A DNA stretch of 64,000 bases, from the NCBI GenBank assembly GCA_965203485.1, contig OZ241892.1, positions 205,786 to 269,785 on the forward strand, written 5' to 3'. Origin of the DNA: Longimicrobiales bacterium. Its GTDB lineage: Bacteria; Gemmatimonadota; Gemmatimonadetes; Longimicrobiales; Gaopeijiaceae. Below the pieces are notes generated by a model, which saw only the letters and a list, made by a program, of their open reading frames with translations, did not search any database and was not told the DNA's origin. Shown here piece by piece: positions 1 through 8,393 of the stretch; positions within the stretch are counted from its first letter, which is position 1; each line of letters begins with the position of its first letter. Both the position numbers and the translations under genes were made by a program.

Positions 1-1173
1 ACCAGCATCGGTGACCTCCTCAACCCGTTCCTGCTGTACTGCGCCCTCGTGGCGCTGCTTGCGCCCTTCCGATCGGTCCGGGGCTACGCCCACGTCATGG
101 TCGTGGCCACCGTCCTGGCGCTGCTTTGGCTGCTCAAGACGACCGGGTCGCTGATGGCGCCGTTCTTCTTGGCCTTCGTCCTCGCCTACATCCTGGACCC
201 GCTCGTCGACCGGCTGTCCGCCCGCCCTCGCATCGGCCGGCAGACCGCGATCTTCCTGATTCTCGCGCCGGCGCTCGCGGCGGTCGGGCTTGTTGCGATG
301 GTCGGCGTGCCCGCCATGCTTCGCCAAGCCGGCCGGCTCATGCTCGACGCGCCCGCGGCCTTGGCGGCGGCCCACCGCTGGGCCGTCGGCCTGGCCGCCA
401 AGGCCGTCGAGGCCGATCTCCCCTTCGTGGACGACGCCCAGCTCCTGGCGCGCGTGCAAGCCTTCGACGGACAGGCGGCGGCCGACCTGCTGGCCAGCCA
501 AGCCTCGCGGATCGCGAGCGGCGCCTGGGCGGCCTTCCTGGGCCTTGGCCGCGGACTCGGCACGCTGGTCACCGTGGCGAGCTACGTCGTCCTGACGCCG
601 GTCCTCACCGTCTACCTGCTGCGCGACTACGACCACATCGTGGCTCGGGCCGGACGGCTCGTTCCCGTGCGCTACCAAGCCTCGACCCGCGGCTGCTTCC
701 GCGAGTACGACGCCATTCTGTCGCGCTACCTGCGCGGCCAGATATCGGTCGCCGCAATCGTGGGAGGGTTGACGTGGCTGGGCTTGGCCGCCACGGGGTT
801 TCCGCACGCCTTCTTCCTGGGGGCGACGGTGGCCGTGCTGGGCGTGGTTCCGTACTTGGGCTTGGTCCTCTCGCTGATTCCGGCCCTCGTCATCGCGTTG
901 GCCGGCGGCGATCCCGGCGCCGGACTGCTCAAGGTCGTGGTCGTCTACGGCGTCGCGCAGACGCTCGAAGGCACGGTCGTCAGCCCCAGGATCGTGGGCG
1001 GATCAGTGGGCCTGCACCCCGTGTGGATTGTGCTCGCGCTTGCGCTGGGGGGTCTCTACTTCGGATTCGCGGGCCTGTTGCTGGCCGTCCCGGCGGCCGC
1101 GGGAATCAAGCTGCTCGCGGTGCGCGCCGAGGCCAGCTACCGAGCGTCCGCCTTCTACGGCAGGAAGAACTAA
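1..1173 (+). CDS. AI-2E family transporter (PerM/YhhT-like permease), possibly 5'-partial
   Basis: ORF 49..1173 starts at GTG, but the frame is open back to base 1. It has multiple hydrophobic helices. The C-terminal block 'LGLVLSLIPALVIAL...VVSPRIVGGSVGLHPVWIVLALALGG' is typical of this family as I know it. Confidence 0.75.
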   Translation, partial: TSIGDLLNPFLLYCALVALLAPFRSVRGYAHVMVVATVLALLWLLKTTGSLMAPFFLAFVLAYILDPLVDRLSARPRIGRQTAIFLILAPALAAVGLVAMVGVPAMLRQAGRLMLDAPAALAAAHRWAVGLAAKAVEADLPFVDDAQLLARVQAFDGQAAADLLASQASRIASGAWAAFLGLGRGLGTLVTVASYVVLTPVLTVYLLRDYDHIVARAGRLVPVRYQASTRGCFREYDAILSRYLRGQISVAAIVGGLTWLGLAATGFPHAFFLGATVAVLGVVPYLGLVLSLIPALVIALAGGDPGAGLLKVVVVYGVAQTLEGTVVSPRIVGGSVGLHPVWIVLALALGGLYFGFAGLLLAVPAAAGIKLLAVRAEASYRASAFYGRKN

Positions 1174-1412
1174 GGCCGAGCTGATGGCGCGGGCCGGCCT
1201 CGGCAGCACGGACGCCGAGCCGGGCCTGCCTCCGGAGGTTGCGGCCCGGAACAACAAAGCGAGGCCGCTCGGCCCGCTCGGCCGCCACTTGCCGCGCTCG
1301 GTCTCGGCAGGCTTATTTGTTCTTGAACGCTCCGACCGCGCGCATGCTGTTTCGCCTCCTCCTCCGGCGCTCGCGGCTTCCCTTGCCATTTGCCGTCCAG
1401 GAAGGCTTCGCC

Positions 1413-2333
1413 ATGGCGGTCATCGAGGCGCGCGCCCTGAGCAAGCGCTACAAGGAAGTCGTCGCGGTCGACCAAGCCACGTTCGATGTCGAACCGGGCC
1501 AAGTGTTCGGGTTCCTCGGGCCCAACGGAAGCGGCAAGACGACGACCATCGGCATGTTGCTGGGGATCATTCGGCCCACGTCGGGCGCGTTTCGGCTCCT
1601 CGGCGCATCGGCTCCTGCGGAGCTCGTCGCCGTCCGAAGGCGCGTCGGGGCGACGCTCGAGGTCCCGAACTTCTATCCGTACCTGAGCGGCCGCGACAAT
1701 CTCCGCATCACGGCGCGGGTCAAGGGCGCCGGCCCGGAGCGCATCGAGGAGTGCCTGGGCCTGGTCGGCTTGACCGCTCGCGCAAGGCATCGCTTCAAGA
1801 CGTACTCCCTGGGCATGAAGCAGCGCCTGGCCCTGGCCGCCGCCATGCTGAACGACCCGGAGCTGGTGATCTTGGACGAGCCCGCCAACGGCCTCGATCC
1901 GCAGGGCATGATCGAGATCCGCCAGCTCATTGGCGACTTGGCGGGACGCGGCAAGACGATATTCCTGTCGAGCCACCTGCTCTGGGAAGTCGAGCGGACG
2001 TGCACGCACGTGGCCATCATCCGCAACGGCAGGGTCATGACGACCGGGGCCGTGGAGGACATCGTGGCGGGCGACCCGCACGTCGTGGTCAAGTCCGACG
2101 ACTTGGAGCGCCTCCGGCAGGCCCTGGAGGAGTATCCCGGCGTCTCGGCCGCGCGCGTCGAGGGCGACGGCGTCGTGGCGCGGCTTGCTGCCGGCGACAT
2201 CGGGCGCCTGAACGGCCACCTGGCAAGCCGCGGCATCCACCCGTCCCATTTGGCCGCGAAGGAACGCTCGCTCGAGGACGTGTTCATGCAGATCACGGGC
2301 TCCGCCGCGCCGGATGCCGGAGAGAGCTCGTGA
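1413..2333 (+). CDS. ABC transporter ATP-binding protein (ABC-2/DrrA-like)
   Basis: ATG at 1413 gives 'MAVIEARALSKRY'. Motifs present: Walker A 'GPNGSGKTTT', signature 'YSLGMKQRLALA', Walker B 'LVILDEP', H-loop 'SSHLL'. Confidence 0.9.
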   Translation: MAVIEARALSKRYKEVVAVDQATFDVEPGQVFGFLGPNGSGKTTTIGMLLGIIRPTSGAFRLLGASAPAELVAVRRRVGATLEVPNFYPYLSGRDNLRITARVKGAGPERIEECLGLVGLTARARHRFKTYSLGMKQRLALAAAMLNDPELVILDEPANGLDPQGMIEIRQLIGDLAGRGKTIFLSSHLLWEVERTCTHVAIIRNGRVMTTGAVEDIVAGDPHVVVKSDDLERLRQALEEYPGVSAARVEGDGVVARLAAGDIGRLNGHLASRGIHPSHLAAKERSLEDVFMQITGSAAPDAGESS

Positions 2334-3175
2334 ACGAACGGATCGGCGGCGAGCAGGACGGCATGTTGCGCGTCGTCCTCGCCAACGAAGCGCTGAAGAC
2401 GGCGAGGCGTCCCGCCTTCTGGGTCCTCATCGGCGTCTTCGCCGGATGCATCGCGTTCGTGGCCGTCGTCAGCGAGCTGCTCGCGAGAGCGGATGGCGTG
2501 CGCCTAGTCAGCAGGAGCTGGACTGTCGTCCCAGCGGGTGCGGCTGCGGTTGGACCGATATGCGCAGGACTGGCGCTCGCGTTGCTGTTCGTGCCCGAGT
2601 TCAAGTGGCGCACCGCCAGACAGAACGTGATCGACGGCGTCAGCAAAGACTCCTTCTTCGCGGGCAAGTTGTTGCTGGTGCCGGCGCTCATCGTTGCGTT
2701 TCTGGCGTTGGCGTGGGCGCTGGGCGCGGCCGCCGCGCTGATCTTCCCGCCTCCGGACGGACTCCAGGCGCCTGCGCTCGCCGACCTTCAGGCATGGACC
2801 GGTCTCGCATTGGCGATGGGCGTGTGGGCGGGGGCCGCCTTCTTGCTGGCCGCGGTCCTGCGGGCGGGCGGCGCCACCGTCGGCGTCCTGCTCGGCTACT
2901 TTGTCGTCGAGGGCGTTGCCGCGAGCCTTGGGAAGGCCACGGCGGCGATGCGCGGGTTGGAATTCCTTTTCACCGCGCTCGACTACCTGCCGGGCCGGGT
3001 CTCCGAGGCGCTCGGCGGCTATAGGCTTCACTACGGCTCGACGGCGCCGGTGGAGTGGAACGGGGTCGTCTTTGGGGAGCCGCCGGGCTTTTGGCCGCTT
3101 GCCGGGATTGCCTGCGCGTACGTTGCGGCGTTCGTCGCGCTGGCGTATGCGAACTTCCGCAGGCGGGATCTCTAG
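2330..3175 (+). CDS. ABC-2 type transporter permease
   Basis: GTG at 2330 overlaps the ATPase stop (GTGA); an alternative ATG lies at 2363. The protein has about 6 hydrophobic segments, starting 'MLRVVLANEALKTARRPAFWVLIGVFAG...'. Confidence 0.65.
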   Translation: MNERIGGEQDGMLRVVLANEALKTARRPAFWVLIGVFAGCIAFVAVVSELLARADGVRLVSRSWTVVPAGAAAVGPICAGLALALLFVPEFKWRTARQNVIDGVSKDSFFAGKLLLVPALIVAFLALAWALGAAAALIFPPPDGLQAPALADLQAWTGLALAMGVWAGAAFLLAAVLRAGGATVGVLLGYFVVEGVAASLGKATAAMRGLEFLFTALDYLPGRVSEALGGYRLHYGSTAPVEWNGVVFGEPPGFWPLAGIACAYVAAFVALAYANFRRRDL

Positions 3176-3241
3176 GCGTGCCGCGCAACCCAGGCGCCGG
3201 GCCCACGCGTGCCGGCGCATTCTGCTGACGAGGACGACGAC

Positions 3242-4402
3242 ATGAGATCAAGCCGCAGGCGATTCCTCAAGGTCGCCGCAACCGCGGGCAGCGGGCTGGC
3301 GGCCGGCGCGGCGCTTCGCGCGGAGCCGAGCACGCCGGGCGCCGAGGACGGAGAATCCGGGGCGCGTCGCGCGCCTGGGCTGGCGAAGAAGCTGCTGTTC
3401 CTCGGCGGCACCAACTTCATCGGGCCGCACCAAGTTCGGTACGCGCTGCGGCGCGGGCACGAAGTCACCCTGTTCAACCGGGGTCGCACGAACCCGCACC
3501 TCTTTCCGGACCTGGAGAAGCTGGTGGGCGACCGCGAAAGCGACCTGAGCGCGCTCGAAGGACGCCGGTGGGACGTGGTCGTGGACACGTCGGCGACCAA
3601 CCCAGCCTGGGTCGAGCGCAGCGCGCGCATGCTCGAGGACGCGTGCGAGCGCTACGTCTTCGTGTCGACGCGGTCCGTCTATGCGGACACGAGCCGGGTG
3701 CCGATGTCCACGGCCGCCCCTGTGTGGACCTACGAGTCCGCCGGGGTCGAACCGGGTGCGGGGCGGTTGCCCTACGGCCTCAGCAAGGCGCTGGCCGAAC
3801 GGATCGTCCGCGAGAAGTTCGGCCGGGAACGCAGCTTGGTGTTCCGCCCCGGCCTGATCGTCGGCCCGGGCGATCCGACCGACCGGTTCACCTATTGGCC
3901 CGTCCGCATTCACCGAGGCGGCGAGGTGCTCGCTCCCGGCGACGGCTCGGACCCCGTGCAGGTGATCGACGTGCGCGACTTCGCCGAGTGGCTGGTCGAG
4001 ATGGTGGAGGCGGACGAGTCGGGCACCTACAACGTGGTGGGACCGCGCACGCCGCGCCCGATGGCCGAGCTGCTGTACGGCATCCGCGCCGTGACCACGG
4101 CCGAGACCACCTTCACGTGGGTGGATGCGGACTTCGCGGTCAATGCGGGCCTGCGGCCCTACGCCGAGATGCCCGTGTGGCGGCCGGCGCGCGGCCGCTT
4201 CGCCGGCTTCGCCCGCTTCGATCTCACGCCCGAGGTGGAGAAGGGCCTCGCGTTCCGGTCCTTGGCGGACACCGCAGCGGCAACGTTGGAGCACCACTTC
4301 TCCCGCCCCGCGGACCGGCAGGCGGCGTTGCGCTCCGGCGTCGGCGCCGAACGCGAACGCGAGGTGCTCGACCTTTGGCGAGCCTTTCAGCGGGCCGGAT
4401 AG
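3242..4402 (+). CDS. NAD-dependent epimerase/dehydratase (extended SDR) with Tat-type signal
   Basis: 'MRSSRRRFLKVAATAGSGLAAGAA' has a twin-arginine motif. Rossmann motif 'LFLGGTNFIGPHQV' is present. Length is 386 aa. Confidence 0.8.
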   Translation: MRSSRRRFLKVAATAGSGLAAGAALRAEPSTPGAEDGESGARRAPGLAKKLLFLGGTNFIGPHQVRYALRRGHEVTLFNRGRTNPHLFPDLEKLVGDRESDLSALEGRRWDVVVDTSATNPAWVERSARMLEDACERYVFVSTRSVYADTSRVPMSTAAPVWTYESAGVEPGAGRLPYGLSKALAERIVREKFGRERSLVFRPGLIVGPGDPTDRFTYWPVRIHRGGEVLAPGDGSDPVQVIDVRDFAEWLVEMVEADESGTYNVVGPRTPRPMAELLYGIRAVTTAETTFTWVDADFAVNAGLRPYAEMPVWRPARGRFAGFARFDLTPEVEKGLAFRSLADTAAATLEHHFSRPADRQAALRSGVGAEREREVLDLWRAFQRAG

Positions 4403-4426
4403 CCCCTTCACCGAACGAGACCGACC

Positions 4427-6166
4427 ATGGCGCCCGGAAGACAGCTGCACCGATCTCGCCCGCTGTTCTTCCTCCTGCTTGCCGCGGCCTGCGGCCGGGA
4501 CGGCGGCGGACCCCGCGAAGCCGGCCTCGTGCTGCGGGGCGGCATCGTGGCCACCATGGACGCGCGGAACTCCACGGCGGAGGCCGTCGCCGTCGACGAC
4601 GGGCGGATCGTGGCGGTCGGCAGCGACGCCGACGTGGCGTCGTTCATAGGCGGCGACACGAAGGTGATCGAACTCGGCGGACGCTTGGCCGTGCCCGGCT
4701 TCATCGAGGGACACGGCCACTTCATGGCTCTAGGCGACGCGCGCGCGATCCTCGACCTGACCCGCGCCGCCAGTTGGGAGGAGATTGTGGCCATGGTCGC
4801 CGAAGCCGTTGCCGAAGCCGCTCCGGGCGCTTGGATCCGGGGGCGCGGCTGGCACCAGGAGAAGTGGGACGTCCCGCCACATCCCGTGGTTGAAGGCGGG
4901 CCGACGCACGCCACGCTCTCGGCGGCGGCGCCCGGCAACCCGGTCCTGCTCACCCATGCGTCCGGCCATGCGGCCTTCGCGAACGCCGCCGCCCTAGCGG
5001 CCGCGGGCTTGAGTCGCGGTTCCGAGCCTCCTCCGGGCGGCGAGTTCGTTCGCGACGAGAACGGCGAGCTCACGGGCCTGCTTCGCGAGACGGCCCAGCG
5101 CCCGGTCGCGGCGGCCTTCGCGCGCGTCCAGGCCGCGCGTTCGCCGGACGAAATCGACGCCGACTTCCGTCGCCAAGTTCACCTTGCAGGAGAGGAAGCC
5201 CTGTCCAAGGGCGTGACCTCCTTCCAGGACGCGGGCGCCAGCTTCGCGACGATCGACCGCTTCAGGGAACTCGAAGCGGAGGGCGCGTTGCCGGTGAGGT
5301 TGTACGTCATGGTGCGCCCGGAGTCCAACGCCGAGATGGACGCCCGCCTGGCCGACTACTACATGCCGTCCGAGGGCGACGACTATCTCGCCGTGCGGTC
5401 GGTCAAGCGCCAGATCGACGGTGCCCTGGGATCGCACGGCGCGTGGTTGCTCGAGCCCTACGACGACATGCCGGAGTCCACCGGACTCGTGCTGGAGACC
5501 GTCGAAGAGATCACGGGAACGGCCCACGTCGCCCTCAAGCACGGCTTCCAAGTCAACACCCACGCCATCGGCGACCGGGCGAACCGGGAGACGCTGGACA
5601 TCTACGAAGCAGTCTTCGACTCGGCCGGCATCGCCGAGAGCGGCCTGCTTCGCTGGCGCATCGAACATGCTCAGCACGTCCATCCCGACGACGTGGAACG
5701 GTTCGCCTCGCTGGGCGTCGTCGCGTCGATGCAGGGCGTCCACGCCACCTCCGACGCCCCTTGGGTGTACGTCCGCCTGGGAGCCGGCCGGGCCGAATCC
5801 GGAGCGTATCTGTGGCGCTCGTTCCTGGACGCCGGAGTCGTCGTCAGCAACGGCACCGACGCTCCGGTCGAGGACGTCGATCCCTTGGCCAACTTCCGGG
5901 CATCGGTGCTGCGTTCGACTGCGGAGGGCCAGGAGTTTTTTCCGGCGCAGCGCATGACCCGCATCGAGGCGTTGCGCAGCTACACGATCAGCGCCGCCTT
6001 CGCGGCGTTCGAAGACGAGTTCAAGGGGTCGGTGGAGGTCGGCAAGCTGGGCGACATCGTGGTGCTCGACCGCGACATTCTGACCGTGCCCGACGACGAA
6101 CTCGCCGGCGCCAAGGTGGACATGACGATAGTGGGAGGGGTCGTGCGCTACGCCGCGTCCCGCTGA
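4427..6166 (+). CDS. Amidohydrolase-family (Amidohydro_3 / YtcJ-like) lipoprotein
   Basis: Lipobox 'LLLAAAC'. Metal-binding 'GFIEGHGHF', plus 'NTHAIGDRAN' and 'SNGTDAPVED', match the TIM-barrel metal hydrolase pattern. Confidence 0.85.
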   Translation: MAPGRQLHRSRPLFFLLLAAACGRDGGGPREAGLVLRGGIVATMDARNSTAEAVAVDDGRIVAVGSDADVASFIGGDTKVIELGGRLAVPGFIEGHGHFMALGDARAILDLTRAASWEEIVAMVAEAVAEAAPGAWIRGRGWHQEKWDVPPHPVVEGGPTHATLSAAAPGNPVLLTHASGHAAFANAAALAAAGLSRGSEPPPGGEFVRDENGELTGLLRETAQRPVAAAFARVQAARSPDEIDADFRRQVHLAGEEALSKGVTSFQDAGASFATIDRFRELEAEGALPVRLYVMVRPESNAEMDARLADYYMPSEGDDYLAVRSVKRQIDGALGSHGAWLLEPYDDMPESTGLVLETVEEITGTAHVALKHGFQVNTHAIGDRANRETLDIYEAVFDSAGIAESGLLRWRIEHAQHVHPDDVERFASLGVVASMQGVHATSDAPWVYVRLGAGRAESGAYLWRSFLDAGVVVSNGTDAPVEDVDPLANFRASVLRSTAEGQEFFPAQRMTRIEALRSYTISAAFAAFEDEFKGSVEVGKLGDIVVLDRDILTVPDDELAGAKVDMTIVGGVVRYAASR

Positions 6167-6535
6167 ACCGAGCGGGGAATCGAGCCCGGCGAAAGGCTTC
6201 GGACCGGTCATTGCGAGAACTTAGGGCGCGGGCGACCGACGGGTGGGCCGCCGGCTGTTTCGGCTTCGATCGTGGCGCTCGCGTTCGGCGTCGGCATGTA
6301 CTTGGCGTGGGCGCGCGTGTTCCCGTGGGGAGTGGTCTCCAATGGCGCCAAGACGGGCTGTCGGTCGTGGCCGCGTGGAGGACCGACATGCCCTGGTTGC
6401 GTCGCGGACGTGCCGCCGGACAGCGCGAAGGCGCGCAGGGTGCGACCCGTGAAGGGAACGGAATTGCAGGATGCCGTCGTCCTGGTGGGCGGACGGTGGG
6501 GCATTGGCGAGCGCTGTCCCGGCGCGGACGGTTGC

Positions 6536-6975
6536 ATGGCCGTCGAGTACACCGGTCGCGCGCAACCGCGCCGGACGTGCCCGTTCCGGACGGATGTTCT
6601 CGATGCTGTGCTGAGGGCGAACTCGCGCACGCTGGAGAAGTTTCCGGGCGTCGCCGCCATGGACTTCCTTCGGCCGCACTACGTGTCGCCGTACGCCAAC
6701 GGCGACCTGCTGGTCAGCTTCGTGTGCACGGACCCGGAGCGGCTGGAGCAGTGGCGCACGCACCGCGAAGGCCGACTGTCGATCCCGACCGAACGCGCGT
6801 CGTCGCGTCGTTCACGGAGTCGGGCCGAGCGGCGGAGGTGCGAATTGCGGACGGCGCGGTACTAGCGGATTTCGACTTCGTTCACGACACGCGGGGCTTC
6901 GAGCGCTTCCCCGCCGGCCGGAGCGTGATCCGCTTCGGAACGGGCGAAGCCTTCTACGCTCACGAGGCGCGATAG
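6536..6975 (+). pseudogene. Hypothetical ORF that seems to need a frame change near 6790
   Basis: One frame gives protein-like text with good GC3: '...MDFLRPHYVSPYANGDLLVSFVCTDPERLEQWRTHREGRLSIPTE'. Another frame continues as 'RVVASFTESGRAAEVRIADGAVLADFDFVHDTRGFERFPAGRSVIRFGTGEAFYAHEAR*'. I recognise no family. Confidence 0.2.
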
Positions 6976-6981
6976 GCGGGG

Positions 6982-8346
6982 CTAGTCCTTGTTCCCGGAT
7001 CCGCGAATGCGATACAGGCCGGGCGACTGCCGAACCATCAGCGGGCCCACGAGTATCTGGCGAGCGCGAGCGAGCGAGTATCCCTCGGCGAGCATGCGCG
7101 CCGAGAACTCGGTGCTGGCGATTACGTTCCCCGCGGCCCGCGCCAGCCGCATCCCGGCAGCCTCCGCCTCCGACAGCGGTTGTGCGTGGCGGGCGCCTTC
7201 GGCCAAGCGGACCAACTTGCCGGACACGTCGAAGTCCGGATGGCTCGAGAGCAGCAACCGCACCACCGGAGGCGGTGGCGAGACGCCGCACCTCCGAGCG
7301 ACCGCCACGGCCAGCTCGGCCGCGCTCAGCGCCTCCGCAACCGACAGCACCTTGCGCGCGGTCCGCACCAACACGTTCTCGCGGGCGGGCAGGGCCACGA
7401 GCCACCCGCTCCGCTCCCGCAACCGCCTTCCCTCGGGGGTCAACGCGGTCACGACGTCGTCGGAGCGGATGCCGTCGTCCGCTCCACCCCAGAACTTCGC
7501 CACTGCGCCCACGCGGCCGAGTTCCCTTCGCGCCACGCTCACGCGCGCCTTGAAGCGCACCGCGTACACTGCGGCGTCCGCCTCGGACCCGGGCACGACC
7601 CACTGCATGATGTCGCCGTGCCAAGCGATCTCCGGCATGAGCCGCAACCGTGCCAGGGAGGGCAGCACGCACAAGTCGGCCTCGTTCACCGACAGTCCGC
7701 GCTCGCGGCACGTCGCCACGATCGTCGCGGGCCCCGCCATGCCTCCGGCTCGCTTCACCACGGCCGCGACCGCGCAAGCGATGGGCAACCGAAGGCCGGA
7801 CGAGGTCAGCAACGCGGCGTGCTGGGCGCATACTTGCCGGACGCGTTCGCGCGTCACGCCGAACTCCGCTCCCAGCGCCTCGAGCGTCGGCACGGGGCCG
7901 TGACCGGCGCCCAGCCGGCGCAGGAAGGCATCGGCGTCCCTGGCGCGCAGACCCGCCACCAAGCCGCGCACCTCCGCCGAAAGCGTCTTCGCCGAAGCGA
8001 CGGCGACGACGATCGCGGCGGGCAGCAAGCGCCACGGACTGTCGGCGCCGGGGCGGGCCAGCGCCGCTATCTGCTTCGGGGACAGCGAGGCCAGCGCGCC
8101 GACCAGCTCTTGGATGCGCGCCAGATCGCTGGGGGCCATTTCAGGCACGCTTCGGATGCGGCGCTGGCCCGCGCCCAGCACGTCGCCGAACGTGGCGTAG
8201 CCGGCCCGGGCCAGCGCGGCCGAGGCGCGGGAGCTCAAGCCGAGCGACGATACGGGCAGACCGGCGAGTTCGCGCGGCAGTCCCCTGTTGCCGCTCCGCC
8301 CCGGCGGCGTCTTGCCCTTCTCCCGCCGCCCGCCGTTCGCCACCAT
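6982..8346 (-). CDS. Hypothetical DNA-binding protein with RNAP alpha-CTD-like HhH and sigma-70 region-4-like HTH
   Basis: ATG at 8346, 48 nt after the stop of the upstream protease. 'LSSRASAALARAGYATFGDVL...SDLARIQEL' is HhH-like. 'TLEALGAEFGVTRERVRQVCAQHAALL' is region-4-like. Length is 454 aa. Confidence 0.55.
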   Translation of the reverse strand: MVANGGRREKGKTPPGRSGNRGLPRELAGLPVSSLGLSSRASAALARAGYATFGDVLGAGQRRIRSVPEMAPSDLARIQELVGALASLSPKQIAALARPGADSPWRLLPAAIVVAVASAKTLSAEVRGLVAGLRARDADAFLRRLGAGHGPVPTLEALGAEFGVTRERVRQVCAQHAALLTSSGLRLPIACAVAAVVKRAGGMAGPATIVATCRERGLSVNEADLCVLPSLARLRLMPEIAWHGDIMQWVVPGSEADAAVYAVRFKARVSVARRELGRVGAVAKFWGGADDGIRSDDVVTALTPEGRRLRERSGWLVALPARENVLVRTARKVLSVAEALSAAELAVAVARRCGVSPPPPVVRLLLSSHPDFDVSGKLVRLAEGARHAQPLSEAEAAGMRLARAAGNVIASTEFSARMLAEGYSLARARQILVGPLMVRQSPGLYRIRGSGNKD

Positions 8347-8393
8347 CGCGGCCGTGCGTCCGGACCCGCCGGACAAGCTCCTGTTCTGCGGGG